Below are positions 29,542 through 39,642 of a stretch of 64,000 bases of DNA, piece after piece. Position 1 is the stretch's first letter; every line of letters starts with the position of its first letter. A program made the translations under genes and the position numbers. The DNA lies in the NCBI GenBank assembly GCA_016297915.1, contig JAEDFU010000004.1, forward strand, positions 1,544-65,543, read 5' to 3'. Origin of the DNA: Clostridia bacterium. GTDB lineage: Bacteria; Bacillota; Clostridia; Christensenellales; UBA1242. The notes beneath the pieces were generated by a model. The model ran no database searches and was not told the DNA's origin. It was given only the letters and a program-made list of their open reading frames with translations.

Positions 29542-29802
29542 TTATTTAGCCCTTTCGACTATTCTCACTAATCTAAAGTACTTGTCTTTACTTAGTGGAC
29601 GAGTTTCCATAATTTCAACAGTGTCGCCAATTTTTGCTTCATTGTTTTCGTCATGGGCTTTGAATTTTTTGGTTGTTTTGTAAACTTTGCCGTATAGTGG
29701 ATGTCTTTTATCAAGTTCTACAGCAACAGTAATTGTTTTGTCCATTTTGTCACTAACAACAACACCAATTCTAGTTCTTCTGTTATTTCTTTCAACTGTC
29801 AT
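29542..29802 (-). CDS. rpsQ: 30S ribosomal protein S17
   Basis: [17 protein letters not shown]...HPLYGK. Confidence 0.93.
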   Translation of the reverse strand: MTVERNNRRTRIGVVVSDKMDKTITVAVELDKRHPLYGKVYKTTKKFKAHDENNEAKIGDTVEIMETRPLSKDKYFRLVRIVERAK

Positions 29803-29827
29803 TATCTTTATCCTCCTATACTAGCAC

Positions 29828-30034
29828 TTAGGCGTTAGCCTTTTTATTTAATTCTCTTTCAGTAAGAATGGTTTTAACTCTAGCGATATCCTTTTTTACA
29901 ACATTTAGTTGCATAGGATTAGCAAGTTGTCCAGTAGCGTTTGAAAAACGAAGATTAAATAATTCTTGTTTTAATGACTTTAACTTTGCGTTAAGTTCTT
30001 CGTTAGTCATTTCTTTAAAATTCTTTGCTTTCAT
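29828..30034 (-). CDS. rpmC: 50S ribosomal protein L29
   Basis: LKSLKQELFNLRFSNATGQLANP. Confidence 0.92.
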   Translation of the reverse strand: MKAKNFKEMTNEELNAKLKSLKQELFNLRFSNATGQLANPMQLNVVKKDIARVKTILTERELNKKANA

Positions 30035-30474
30035 TATTCGTTACCACCTTCAATAATTTCTTCATTTTCTTTCATAACGAATTTAGTTTTGCAAGGTAGT
30101 TTGTGTCCAGCAAGACGCATAGCTTCTCTAGCTTGATCTTCAGCAACACCCTCTAGTTCAAATAATACTCTACCAGGTTTAACAACGGCAACCCAAAATT
30201 CTGGAGCGCCCTTACCTTTACCCATACGGGTACCGATAGGTTTTTTGGAAACTGGTTTTTGAGGGAATACATTTATCCAAACCTTACCACCACGCTTAGT
30301 GAAACGGTTGATAGCAACTCTGGCAGCTTCAATTTGATTAGCAGTAAGCCAACAAGGCTCTGTAGCAACCAAACCATAAGTACCATAAGCAAGCTTATTA
30401 CCGCGTGTGGCTTTACCTTTCATTCTTCCTCTAAATTGTTTTCTTCTTGTAACTCTTCTAGGCATCATTAACAT
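30034..30474 (-). CDS. rplP: 50S ribosomal protein L16
   Basis: [25 protein letters not shown]. Confidence 0.93.
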   Translation of the reverse strand: MLMMPRRVTRRKQFRGRMKGKATRGNKLAYGTYGLVATEPCWLTANQIEAARVAINRFTKRGGKVWINVFPQKPVSKKPIGTRMGKGKGAPEFWVAVVKPGRVLFELEGVAEDQAREAMRLAGHKLPCKTKFVMKENEEIIEGGNE

Positions 30475-31154
30475 AATGCTTCACCTCCATTATCAGAAGT
30501 ATTATCGCAAGTTACAGATCTTTTGTTTAGGATTTCGCCTTTGCAAATCCAAACTTTAACACCGATAACACCAAAAGTTGTGTGTGCTTCGTAAGTAGCA
30601 TAATCGATGTCTGCTCTGATTGTGTGAAGTGGAAGTCTACCTTCGTGATAATGCTCAGATCTAGCAATCTCAGCACCGTCAAGTCTGCCACTAACCATAA
30701 TTTTGCAACCAACAGCGCCAGCCTTCATAACTCTTTGCATTGCTTGTTTCATTGCTCTTCTGAAGCTAACTCTCTTTTCGAGTTGCATAGCAATACTCTC
30801 AGCAACCAATTCAGCATCAAGGTCAGGTCTCTTTACTTCTTTAATATTAATGCTAATGTTTTTGATATTGCTAATTTTAGTAATGTCATTTTTTAATTCT
30901 TCAACTCCTGCACCCTTTTGACCAATAATGATACCAGGCTTAGAAGTATAAATATCAACGGTTAGACGGTTAACAGTTCTCTCGATGATAATCTTAGAAA
31001 TACTGTTACCAGCGTGTTTTTTGTTAATGTATTTTCTAATTTTGTTATCTTCAATTAGATAATTAGAGAATTCTTTTTTGTTAGCAATCCAAGAAGAACT
31101 CCATTCTTTATTAACACCAACTCTCAAACCGTGTGGATTAACTTTTTGTCCCAT
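30468..31154 (-). CDS. rpsC: 30S ribosomal protein S3
   Basis: [22 protein letters not shown] domain. Confidence 0.93.
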   Translation of the reverse strand: MGQKVNPHGLRVGVNKEWSSSWIANKKEFSNYLIEDNKIRKYINKKHAGNSISKIIIERTVNRLTVDIYTSKPGIIIGQKGAGVEELKNDITKISNIKNISINIKEVKRPDLDAELVAESIAMQLEKRVSFRRAMKQAMQRVMKAGAVGCKIMVSGRLDGAEIARSEHYHEGRLPLHTIRADIDYATYEAHTTFGVIGVKVWICKGEILNKRSVTCDNTSDNGGEALC

Positions 31155-31172
31155 AATTCTTTTCTTGCTCCT

Positions 31173-31562
31173 TTACTTTTTTACGCTGTCTAACACGATA
31201 GTGATATGACAATTTCTTTTTATAATTGTGTCAACACCACCTCTACCTCTAAAAGATACTCTTTTAAAAGATGGTGCTTGGTTAGCATATGCTTCGGCAA
31301 CAACAAGTTCATCTCTATTTAGACCCATGTTGTTTTCGGCATTAGCCATTGCAGAGCATAGTACTTTTTTAACTACAATTGATGCTGTACTAGGAGTAAT
31401 ATCAAGTATTGCACAAGCCTCAACAGCAGATTTGTTTTTGATTAAATCCAAAAGTCTTTTTGCTTTTGGAGCACCCATTCTAACATATCTAGCAGTAGCA
31501 GTAGGACGAGTGTCTCTAGTTTCTAATCTTTTTGCAGATTTTTCTTTCATTCTCTTAGCCAT
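31173..31562 (-). CDS. rplV: 50S ribosomal protein L22 (N-terminal extension)
   Basis: ARYVRMGAPKAKRLLDLIKNK core after about 17 extra basic residues. Confidence 0.92.
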   Translation of the reverse strand: MAKRMKEKSAKRLETRDTRPTATARYVRMGAPKAKRLLDLIKNKSAVEACAILDITPSTASIVVKKVLCSAMANAENNMGLNRDELVVAEAYANQAPSFKRVSFRGRGGVDTIIKRNCHITIVLDSVKK

Positions 31563-31575
31563 AATTTATCTCTCC

Positions 31576-31854
31576 TTACTTCTTTCCTGCAACCTTATCA
31601 CTGCCATGACCTCTAAAAGTTCTAGTAGGAGCGAATTCACCAAGTTTGTGACCAATCATATCAATTGTGCAGTAAACTGGGATATGTTTCATTCCGTTAT
31701 GTACAGCAATAGTGTGTCCAACGAACTCAGGATAAATAGTTGAGCTTCTGCTCCAAGTCTTCAAAACTTGTTTTTTACCCTCAGCGTTTAATTTTTCAAT
31801 TCTTTTTAGTAACCTTTCTTCAACATAAGGTTTTTTCTTTAATGATCTACTCAT
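31576..31854 (-). CDS. rpsS: 30S ribosomal protein S19
   Basis: [33 protein letters not shown]. Confidence 0.93.
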   Translation of the reverse strand: MSRSLKKKPYVEERLLKRIEKLNAEGKKQVLKTWSRSSTIYPEFVGHTIAVHNGMKHIPVYCTIDMIGHKLGEFAPTRTFRGHGSDKVAGKK

Positions 31855-31865
31855 ACTTTAAACTC

Positions 31866-32693
31866 CTAATTCACACGCTTAAGTATTAGCTTGCTACTTT
31901 GTTTTTTGGTGTTTCTAGTCTTCTTACCAAGAGCAGGTTTACCCCAAGGAGTAAGTGGAGATTTTCTACCAACTGGGCATTTACCTTCACCACCACCATG
32001 TGGGTGATCACAAGGGTTCATAACGCTACCACGAACAGTAGGTCTGATACCTTGGTGTCTAGTTCTACCTGCTTTTCCGATAGATACTATTTCGTGTTCA
32101 AGATTACCAACTTGACCAATTGTAGCCTTACAATTAGCAAGAACCAATCTCATTTCTCCTGATGGAAGTTTAATTGTAACATATCTGCCCTCTTTGGCCA
32201 TAAGTCTTGCTTCCATACCAGCAGATCTAACGATTTGACCGCCTTTTCCTGGAGTAAGCTCGATGTTGTGGATAACAGCACCAACTGGCATATCTTTCAT
32301 TTCAAGAGCGTTACCAACTTTGATTTCAGCATTTGCGCCACTCATAACAGTGTCACCCATGTTAAGACCAACTGGAGCTAAGATATATCTCTTTTCGCCA
32401 TCAGCATAGTTAAGCAATGCAATGTATGCACTTCTGTTTGGATCGTATTCGATGCCAACAACCTTGGCTGGAATACCATCTTTGTTTCTCTTAAAGTCAA
32501 TAATTCTGTATTTAACTCTGTTGCCACCACCTCTGTGTCTAACAGTAATTCTGCCTTGATTGTTTCTACCAGCAAATTTTTTCTTTTCGGTAAGCAATGA
32601 CTTTTCTGGAGTCTTTTTGGTTACTTCTTCAAAAGAAGCGGTAGTATAAAATCTTCTAGCAGGAGATGTTGGTTTGTATGTTTTAATAGCCAT
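31866..32693 (-). CDS. rplB: 50S ribosomal protein L2
   Basis: [27 protein letters not shown]. Confidence 0.93.
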   Translation of the reverse strand: MAIKTYKPTSPARRFYTTASFEEVTKKTPEKSLLTEKKKFAGRNNQGRITVRHRGGGNRVKYRIIDFKRNKDGIPAKVVGIEYDPNRSAYIALLNYADGEKRYILAPVGLNMGDTVMSGANAEIKVGNALEMKDMPVGAVIHNIELTPGKGGQIVRSAGMEARLMAKEGRYVTIKLPSGEMRLVLANCKATIGQVGNLEHEIVSIGKAGRTRHQGIRPTVRGSVMNPCDHPHGGGEGKCPVGRKSPLTPWGKPALGKKTRNTKKQSSKLILKRVN

Positions 32694-32707
32694 TATAATT
32701 TATCCTC

Positions 32708-32998
32708 CTACGATAGACTCTCGAAGAACTCAATGGCTTTGCTATCAGCAGTTAAAGTTACATATGCTTTTTTGAAGTCGCTAGTATAACCTTGAGTCTT
32801 GCCTTGTCTTTTTAGTTTGCCGTCAACATTAAGAGTGTTAACTGATTTAACTTTTACTCCAAAAATTTCTTCAACGGCTTTTTTGATTTCAACTTTGTTT
32901 GCATTTTTGTCAACAACAAATGCATATTTTTTGTTGTGGATGTCTGCATAAGTTTTTTCACTTAGAAGTGGTTTTTTAATAATATCAAATGTTTTCAT
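32708..32998 (-). CDS. rplW: 50S ribosomal protein L23
   Basis: IIKKPLLSEKTY, KKAYVTL. Confidence 0.92.
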   Translation of the reverse strand: MKTFDIIKKPLLSEKTYADIHNKKYAFVVDKNANKVEIKKAVEEIFGVKVKSVNTLNVDGKLKRQGKTQGYTSDFKKAYVTLTADSKAIEFFESLS

Positions 32999-33624
32999 TA
33001 TGCCTTATACCCCTCTTCGATTGATTTAATAGCGTCAGCAGTAAGAACCAACTTGTCGCATTTAACAATATCATAAACATTAAGAAGGTCGCTATTTGTA
33101 ACTTCAACATTTTGAAGATTAGCACTTGCTCTCATAACATTTTCGTTAAGTCCCTTGGTTACGATAACAGCAGTTCTGTCAGCACCAATTTTGTTTAGAA
33201 CTTCAACCATTGTCTTAGTCTTAGCATCTTTGATGTCAAGATTTTCAAGAACGATAAGCTCTTTGTTTGCAAGTTTAGTAGAGATTGCGCTACGGAATGC
33301 AACTCTCTTAGCTTCTTTGTTTACTTTTTTGGAGAAATCTCTAGGCTTAGGTGCAAATGCGATACCACCGCCTCTCCATTGAGGTGCTTTGGTTGAACCT
33401 TGTCTTGCTCTACCAGTACCTTTTTGTCTCCAAGGTTTTTTAGCATGACCTCTAACTTCTGAACGAGTAAGAGTGCTCTTGGTACCTTGTCTTAAATTGG
33501 CTAGATGTGCAACTACAACTTGATGGATAAGTGCTTCGTTATATTCTTGTTTGAATACACTATCATTAAGTCTAATTGAACCACATTCTTCACCCAATAA
33601 ATTAAGTAATTTTGTGCTTGCCAT
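32998..33624 (-). CDS. rplD: 50S ribosomal protein L4
   Basis: KPWRQKGTGRARQGS...QWRGGGIAFAPKPRD. Confidence 0.93.
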   Translation of the reverse strand: MASTKLLNLLGEECGSIRLNDSVFKQEYNEALIHQVVVAHLANLRQGTKSTLTRSEVRGHAKKPWRQKGTGRARQGSTKAPQWRGGGIAFAPKPRDFSKKVNKEAKRVAFRSAISTKLANKELIVLENLDIKDAKTKTMVEVLNKIGADRTAVIVTKGLNENVMRASANLQNVEVTNSDLLNVYDIVKCDKLVLTADAIKSIEEGYKA

Positions 33625-33635
33625 AGTTTAACTCC

Positions 33636-34274
33636 TTATGCGTTTACTTTAACAGCAGATTTAACACTAACCAAACTACCTTTCGCACCAGGAATAGCAC
33701 CTTTGACAAGTATTAAGTTTCTCTCTGCGTCAACTTTAACAACTTTTAAATTTTGAACAGTAACTTTTTCGTTACCCCATCTACCAGCCATTTTCTTACC
33801 CTTGAAAACTTTAGCAGGGAAAGTGTTAGCACCGATAGAACCAACATGTCTATGTACAGGACCGTTACCATGGGTCATTCTGTGTCTGTGGAAATTCCAT
33901 TTTGCGATAGTACCGCTGAATCCATGACCTTTGGATGTACCTGTAACATCGACAATATCACCTTCTGCAAATACATCGCATGTGATCTTGTCACCAAGTT
34001 TGTAATTTTCGGCATCGTCGAGTTTAAATTCTCTTAGATATCTCATTGAAGAGATTTCAGCCTTTTTCAATTGACCAAGCATTGGTTTATTTAGTAATTG
34101 TTCTCTAACATTATCAAATGCTAATTGAACAGCTTGATAACCATCATTTTGCATAGTCTTAATTTGAGATACAAAACATGGACCAGCTTCAATAGCAGTA
34201 ACAGGGACAACTAAACCATTGTTATCAAAGATTTGAGTCATGCCAAGTTTTTTGCCTAATATTGCTTTTTTCAT
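33636..34274 (-). CDS. rplC: 50S ribosomal protein L3
   Basis: ILGKKLGMTQIF, GTSKGHGFSG. Confidence 0.93.
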   Translation of the reverse strand: MKKAILGKKLGMTQIFDNNGLVVPVTAIEAGPCFVSQIKTMQNDGYQAVQLAFDNVREQLLNKPMLGQLKKAEISSMRYLREFKLDDAENYKLGDKITCDVFAEGDIVDVTGTSKGHGFSGTIAKWNFHRHRMTHGNGPVHRHVGSIGANTFPAKVFKGKKMAGRWGNEKVTVQNLKVVKVDAERNLILVKGAIPGAKGSLVSVKSAVKVNA

Positions 34275-34295
34275 TATCTTTTATCCTCCCTGTCC

Positions 34296-34604
34296 TTAAA
34301 GTTTGATATTGATGTCTACACCTGCAGGAAGTTCAAGCTTCATAAGAGCATCAACTGCTTTTGCTGAAGGACTGTAAATATCAATTAGTCTTTTATGAGT
34401 TCTTAGTTCGAACTGCTCACGACTATCCTTGTATTTGTGAGTAGCTCTGATGATTGTAACCACTTCTTTGTTTGTTGGAAGTGGAATTGGACCGCTAATC
34501 TTTGCACCAAATTTAAGAGCAGTATCAACAATTCTCTTGCTTGCTACATCAATTAGGTTATGGTCAAATGCATTTAATTTAATTCTAATTTTTTGTGTTG
34601 CCAT
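34296..34604 (-). CDS. rpsJ: 30S ribosomal protein S10
   Basis: [16 protein letters not shown]...RTHKRLIDI; AAGGAGA SD upstream. Confidence 0.93.
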   Translation of the reverse strand: MATQKIRIKLNAFDHNLIDVASKRIVDTALKFGAKISGPIPLPTNKEVVTIIRATHKYKDSREQFELRTHKRLIDIYSPSAKAVDALMKLELPAGVDINIKL

Positions 34605-34692
34605 TAATTTTCTCCTTTAATTAATTTGCCTAAAAACTTGTGTATATCGCACATGAGTTGCACCCAATAAAATCTCCAATAAACCACAAAAA

Positions 34693-34730
34693 CCCCTTTT
34701 GAAAACAAATTAAAGCTTATTTTCAATGGG
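34693..34730 (-). promoter_or_regulatory. terminator-like hairpin in the S10 leader (candidate attenuator)
   Basis: On the minus strand, CCCAUUGAAAA...UUUUCAAAAGGGG (7 bp, internal loop, 3 GC pairs) is followed by UUUUUGUGGUUU. It lies about 90 nt upstream of rpsJ. Confidence 0.35.
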
Positions 34731-34907
34731 AGCATATGATATATTCTTACACTTTACCGTGTGTTCACTCGCTGTAATCAAAAAAAATATGCGAAGTTTT
34801 TAGTCGTTTACAATCTATTGCGTAAACACTTCAAAAGTGTAAATTATCCCTAAAAATCGGCATTTTTTAGAGTAACTTCACACCAAGCAAAACATTACAG
34901 CATACAT

Positions 34908-34936
34908 ATTTTATCTAAAAAAGACCCAAAAGTCAA
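34908..34936 (-). promoter_or_regulatory. sigma-70-type promoter of the S10 operon
   Basis: Minus strand: TTGACT (34936-34931), 17-nt spacer, TAAAAT (34913-34908), with an AT-rich UP-like tract upstream. Implies a leader of about 300 nt. Confidence 0.6.
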
Positions 34937-35120
34937 CACTTTTTCAAAAATTTTTTGCAAATTTTAACAAAATTTTTAAACAACTAATTTTTTATAAAAT
35001 TTTTAATGTTCTCCACCAATCAATCAAATTAAAATTGATTTGACTTCCCCATATATTAATGTTTTATTATTAATATAATATATTATATCATATAAATAGG
35101 ATAATTGCAATAGTTTCTTA

Positions 35121-35146
35121 CAAAAAAATCCTCCGAGCGGAGGACC
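35121..35146 (-). terminator. rho-independent terminator after the DUF1858 gene
   Basis: Minus strand: GGUCCUCCGCUCGGAGGA followed by UUUUUUU (plus-strand A-run 35122-35128). Confidence 0.85.
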
Positions 35147-35158
35147 AAAAAATTTGTA

Positions 35159-35359
35159 TTATTTTTTCATATCTTCGGTTAGTTTTTTAACCATTAGATC
35201 AATATCTGCATCGTGAACAGCACCAGCTTCTGCCAAAGTCTCCATTTGACTCATTGGACAGTGAACACAGTGCATGCCAAACCCCTGCAATATTGTTTCT
35301 GCATTTGGACAAAGCTCCAAAACTTCGCCAATTGTAGTATCTTTTGTGATTTTTGCCAT
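35159..35359 (-). CDS. DUF1858 / hybrid-cluster-protein-associated redox disulfide domain protein
   Basis: 66 aa; TTIGEVLELCPNAETILQGFGMHCVHCPMSQMETLAEA is the typical DUF1858 pattern with CxxC. Confidence 0.7.
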   Translation of the reverse strand: MAKITKDTTIGEVLELCPNAETILQGFGMHCVHCPMSQMETLAEAGAVHDADIDLMVKKLTEDMKK

Positions 35360-35521
35360 ATAATTCTCCTTACATTTGACTATCTATCAAATAAATAATT
35401 TATTAATTTTTCACATTAAACAAAATACTTTTTACAGTCAATAAGATTATTGTACTGATATCTGCAAAAATGTATTTGCCTAACATTTTTAGTATAACAC
35501 AAACTTGGCATAATAGTCAAA

Positions 35522-36457
35522 TCAATCAAAACGATTTGAGCAATTATTACATACTCTATTGCCAACATGATTCTTAAATCCGCATTTTGGACATACTTTA
35601 AAAGTGGCTATATTTGGCATAAATCTGCCATTTTGCATAGTACTATTTTGTGCAGAGGATATATTATTATTTTGTACTGGGACTGCACTCTCACTCCCCC
35701 TCAAACTACTCAAAACTACACTTGGCTTGATAGATGTCTTGTGATGAACAATATATTCATTTATCTTTTTTTGATAGCGTTTAGGAAAATCAATTGCTTT
35801 TAGCTTGATATTTTTGACAAATATTCCAATATAATCATATGCATCTTCCAAATCAGTATTCAAAAGTTTGGCAATATAATCATTATTATTTAAGATATTT
35901 TCAATAGAAATCTTATCTTTTTCAATCTTTTTGTTGATTTTATTACCTATCCAAAGACCAACATCTGTATGCACATCTTCGGTTTTTTCTTTGCCTGTAT
36001 CATTTATCAAACACTTGACTAGTAGTCCTGCATCGATTACTTTTGTAGTGCAACTACCCTTCATATAGCCTTTTATTCTTCCTAATTCTTTACTTTTCAA
36101 AAAGAACGGCTCATCAGAGTCAAATTCAAAATCCTTAAATTCCTGAGTGCTTACAAAGTACAAGTCGACTCTAATTCTTTTTATTTTTGCGCCATGTTTA
36201 TTTAGTTTTTCAACCTTTGCTCTTCTGTAAGTTTCTGGGATGGTTTGTTCAGTTATTTTGTATTTACCCGGCAAAATAACATCTGCCACCCTAGACTTAT
36301 AAACTACTACGCATTGAGTGCCATCTCTTACGATAATATTCTTGTTTAAGTACATGAATTTCTTTCTTTTAAGCAAAAAAACCATGTGACTGTTCATATC
36401 TGCATCACACTCGATATTTTTATTAAACAATTCTTTTATACTCGAAAATAGCCCCAT
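35522..36457 (-). CDS. SPFH/Band-7 (YdjI-like, PF13421-type) protein with C-terminal zinc ribbon
   Basis: MGLFSSIKELF start, IIVRDGTQCVVVYKSRVADVILPGKY, VDLYFVSTQEFKDFEF, C-terminal CPKCGF...CNNCSNRF. Confidence 0.6.
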   Translation of the reverse strand: MGLFSSIKELFNKNIECDADMNSHMVFLLKRKKFMYLNKNIIVRDGTQCVVVYKSRVADVILPGKYKITEQTIPETYRRAKVEKLNKHGAKIKRIRVDLYFVSTQEFKDFEFDSDEPFFLKSKELGRIKGYMKGSCTTKVIDAGLLVKCLINDTGKEKTEDVHTDVGLWIGNKINKKIEKDKISIENILNNNDYIAKLLNTDLEDAYDYIGIFVKNIKLKAIDFPKRYQKKINEYIVHHKTSIKPSVVLSSLRGSESAVPVQNNNISSAQNSTMQNGRFMPNIATFKVCPKCGFKNHVGNRVCNNCSNRFD

Positions 36458-36639
36458 ATTTAATTAATTTTAGCACAATTACATTAATTAACAAACTAAT
36501 GTATGTTATTTTAATGAAAAGATTTAATTATTTTTCAACAAAATTTTGTCAATATTGCAATCAAATATTCAAGACCCATAGTCATAATATTGGATAAAAA
36601 TTAATATATTTTATTAACTAACAAAATGGAGAATCAAAA

Positions 36640-37359
36640 ATGTACAAAGTATCAGATATAATTTCTACCCCTGTTATTAGTTTGTTTGAGGGTGAATACA
36701 TAGGTATAATTTATAATATAATGTTTGATTACAAACAAAAAAAATGCAATTACGCATGCATACTCGACGAAAAAGATAATATCCCTAAACTTATCAAATT
36801 TAGAGATATTTACAAAATTGGCAACGAGTGTATCTTTATAAAAAATCAAACATACTTGGACTTGGAATCAAATTGCGACAAAGAAATCGAGGAAAACACC
36901 AATCCGATAAATTTGAAAGTATATAATCTTAATTGTGAATACATAGGGACAAGCCACGATATTATTATTGACAAGGATTACAAGATAGACAAAATCATCT
37001 TAAATAACGGCAAAGTAATCAATCGTGATGAAATATTTAATATTGGAAAAACCACAATTATTGTTGGCAACGATGTGTCAATCCAAAAATTTAAACCAGT
37101 CACCAAAAATATAAAAATTCAAAATGTCGAAAAAAAAGTAATGATTTTGTCTAGTCTTATAAAAAACGAACAAACACCTCCTAGCAATAAGATTATCACC
37201 GACTTTAGATTTTTGATAGGAAGATATTTGAGTCAGGATATTGTAGCATTTAATGGAGAACTCATTGCAAAAAAAGATGCAGTTATCACCAAAGATATAG
37301 TCAACAAAGCCAGTTCTTATGGCAAACTTGTTGAAATTGCTAGATATAGCAAAGCTTAA
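36640..37359 (+). CDS. PRC-barrel-like (YlmC/YmxH-like) repeat protein
   Basis: MYKVSDIISTPVISLFEGEYIGIIYNIMFD resembles the PRC barrel, with a second similar segment. Recognised by eye only. Confidence 0.35.
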   Translation: MYKVSDIISTPVISLFEGEYIGIIYNIMFDYKQKKCNYACILDEKDNIPKLIKFRDIYKIGNECIFIKNQTYLDLESNCDKEIEENTNPINLKVYNLNCEYIGTSHDIIIDKDYKIDKIILNNGKVINRDEIFNIGKTTIIVGNDVSIQKFKPVTKNIKIQNVEKKVMILSSLIKNEQTPPSNKIITDFRFLIGRYLSQDIVAFNGELIAKKDAVITKDIVNKASSYGKLVEIARYSKA

Positions 37360-37369
37360 GTAAAAACAC

Positions 37370-37396
37370 AAAAAGGTCTCTATTTGAGACCTTTTT
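37370..37396. terminator. bidirectional terminator between convergent genes
   Basis: Perfect 10-bp stem AAAAGGTCTC (37371-37380) / GAGACCTTTT (37386-37395) with a 5-nt loop. Confidence 0.85.
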
Positions 37397-37398
37397 AT

Positions 37399-39513
37399 TT
37401 ATTTTTTGAGTTTTTTGGCACTATCTAAAAGACCTTGCAAAGATGTTTTCTTTTTTGGTTCTGGTTTAGTCTCTTCAGCTGGTTTTTCTTCAGTCTTTGT
37501 TTCCTCAGTTTTGTCAGCGGAAGTTTCTTGTGATGTTTCTTTTTTGTCTACATCTTTGTCTTTTGTCGATTCTTTGTCCTCAACAGCTTTGATTGTGTCA
37601 TCAATTGAATTAGCCAAATCATTTTGATTGTCGATTAATTCTTTGTTTGTTTTTTCGATATCTTTTTGGATATTTGCAAGATTTGCAAATGGATTTGAGT
37701 ATTGCTCAGCTTCCTTCTTTTCTCTTGCTTTGATTTCTTCAATATCCTTGTTGTACTCAGAGTTTTGTTTGTTTACTTCTCTAAGTTTGGATAGCAACTC
37801 ATTTTCTTCGTTTTTGAGTTGTTCATCACGATTATCACTTGAAACTATATCGGCAATTGGATTTTTCTTTTGAGCTTTGACTTCGGTCTTTTCTTCCTCG
37901 TCATCCTCATCATCAAAATCCTCGTATTTTCTACGCTTTTTCTTATCAGCAACTCTTTGTCTAAATTCTGGAGTATTGAAGTAATCTCTAACATTATTGA
38001 TAGCCTCAATCTCAGCAAGTCTAACCTTGATATCTTGTTCAAGTTTGAGGATATACTCTTGTTTAGCCTTGATATCAGCGTCTTGGTCAGCAACAAGCAA
38101 TGTCATTTTGTCGATTTCTTCTTGCAAAATCTTAGATTTTTCTTCTTTTTCCTTAAGGATTGGTTCTTGTTGAGCTTGAATTTCTTTGTTAATTTGTCCC
38201 CAAACCTTGTTAGCATAAGTACGACATTCACTCATCATATTTTCTTCGACTTGAGATTTTTTCTCTTTGATTTCTGCAGTAAGCGATGCAATATCTGAGT
38301 CCATCTCAGTTTGTTGTTTTTCAAAATTGACTTTGGAATATTCGTAGTCTTTTTCCAATTGTTGTTGTTTTTGTTGTTCTTCGTTATATCTCTTTTTTAG
38401 GTAGTTAGCCTCAATCTTAACTGATGTTGCATTTAATTGCTCAGTAAGAGATGCCATGTTTTCCCTAACGGCTTGAGATTTTCTCTCATAATCTTTGGTA
38501 ACTTCGTCAAAAGCCTTTTGGAAGTTAAACATTTCTTGCTCTTTGGAGTTAATTCTCTCAGTTATTCCACGCTTAAAGTTAAAGTATTTTTCACCCTCTA
38601 ACATAGCTCTATCTAGTAGCAAAGCACTCTCAACCCCAACTGGTTCAAAGTTAAAGTCCTCAAAGTGATTTGTGTTCATCTCTGCTTCTTCAGCTTCTTT
38701 TTGTTCTTGCAAAGCTCTCTTTTCGAGATATTCTTGCAATACTGGAATAGCCTCTCTAATTTCCTTTGGAGTAAACAAAACTTCGTAATCAACAAATGAA
38801 GGCATTGTTGAGCAGGCTTTGTTTAGATATCTTTCAAATTCATGGAATTCATAATACAAGTCAGCATATCTGCTTGATTCTAGCAATTTAAGAATAGTTG
38901 TTACAAACAAACCAATAAAGGTATAAAATAGTGGGAACATGAATATTTCGAGTAGTCCCTCAAAAGTTCCGATTGTCTCGCCTGCAGTAGCACCACTGCC
39001 ACTACCATATTGATTAAGTGGCGCACCATAAACAAATACAAATCCAAATAGCATTGTTAGCACAGATACCATGATTGTGATAAACATAACCGTATTTGAA
39101 ATATTCTTGTATGCACTACTACGAGTTGGTTGGTCAATACAGGAAACAGAGTTGATATACTCTGATGGTTGTCTATCTCTATTAAGCATGTATTCCTGCC
39201 AAGAATATCTTAGAGTCTTAGGAACTTGCTTAAACTTGTTGTTGACCTCAACCAAGTTATCTTCGTTAATAAATGGATTTTTCTTAAAATACCTATTAAA
39301 TCCCGAAACACTATGCAAAAGTCTTGACTCATAAGTACGAGATATTAATACACAACAGATAATGATGCCTAGTAGGAACACAGCCAAAGACACATAAAGT
39401 ACATATTGCAAACCCGATTGAGGGTCTGTACCACTGAAACTACCAATGGTTCTAAATACATTCATGATGCTGCCTACTAAGTTATCTGCCAAAAACTGAC
39501 ATACATTAGACAT
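37399..39513 (-). CDS. polytopic membrane protein with about 480-aa E/K-rich coiled-coil tail, unknown function
   Basis: Three hydrophobic helices (about aa 37-58, 143-165, 190-215). The remainder has heptad-like E/K/Q-rich sequence and an acidic DFDDEDDEEE patch. AGGAGA SD upstream. Confidence 0.6.
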   Translation of the reverse strand: MSNVCQFLADNLVGSIMNVFRTIGSFSGTDPQSGLQYVLYVSLAVFLLGIIICCVLISRTYESRLLHSVSGFNRYFKKNPFINEDNLVEVNNKFKQVPKTLRYSWQEYMLNRDRQPSEYINSVSCIDQPTRSSAYKNISNTVMFITIMVSVLTMLFGFVFVYGAPLNQYGSGSGATAGETIGTFEGLLEIFMFPLFYTFIGLFVTTILKLLESSRYADLYYEFHEFERYLNKACSTMPSFVDYEVLFTPKEIREAIPVLQEYLEKRALQEQKEAEEAEMNTNHFEDFNFEPVGVESALLLDRAMLEGEKYFNFKRGITERINSKEQEMFNFQKAFDEVTKDYERKSQAVRENMASLTEQLNATSVKIEANYLKKRYNEEQQKQQQLEKDYEYSKVNFEKQQTEMDSDIASLTAEIKEKKSQVEENMMSECRTYANKVWGQINKEIQAQQEPILKEKEEKSKILQEEIDKMTLLVADQDADIKAKQEYILKLEQDIKVRLAEIEAINNVRDYFNTPEFRQRVADKKKRRKYEDFDDEDDEEEKTEVKAQKKNPIADIVSSDNRDEQLKNEENELLSKLREVNKQNSEYNKDIEEIKAREKKEAEQYSNPFANLANIQKDIEKTNKELIDNQNDLANSIDDTIKAVEDKESTKDKDVDKKETSQETSADKTEETKTEEKPAEETKPEPKKKTSLQGLLDSAKKLKK

Positions 39514-39642
39514 AATTTTCTCCTAATTTCATTTTCTATATACATCTAGTATTATATCATACTAAACTCAATTTAACTAATAATTTTTAGCACAATTTCA
39601 AAAAATTTTATATTTTGACAAAACATCATAAACTTTCCAATT

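Noticed and set aside
31228-31743. 171-aa ORF on the plus strand
   Set aside because: Antisense to rplV/rpsS, with no SD. The r-protein frames are unambiguous.
21690-37390. Recurrence of GGTCTC...GAGACC in hairpins (21696-21717, 21766, 37375-37390) as a possible dispersed repeat family
   Set aside because: Only a 6-mer core is shared, and the occurrence count is compatible with chance in 64 kb. Genome-wide counting would be needed.
37399-39513. Calling the 704-aa protein ZorA/MotA-like (Zorya defence)
   Set aside because: Only the overall architecture is similar. The GT..G and T.IGL-like strings lie too close together to match the MotA/ExbB TM2/TM3 motifs. No ZorB/MotB/ExbD-like, ZorC or ZorD gene is nearby.
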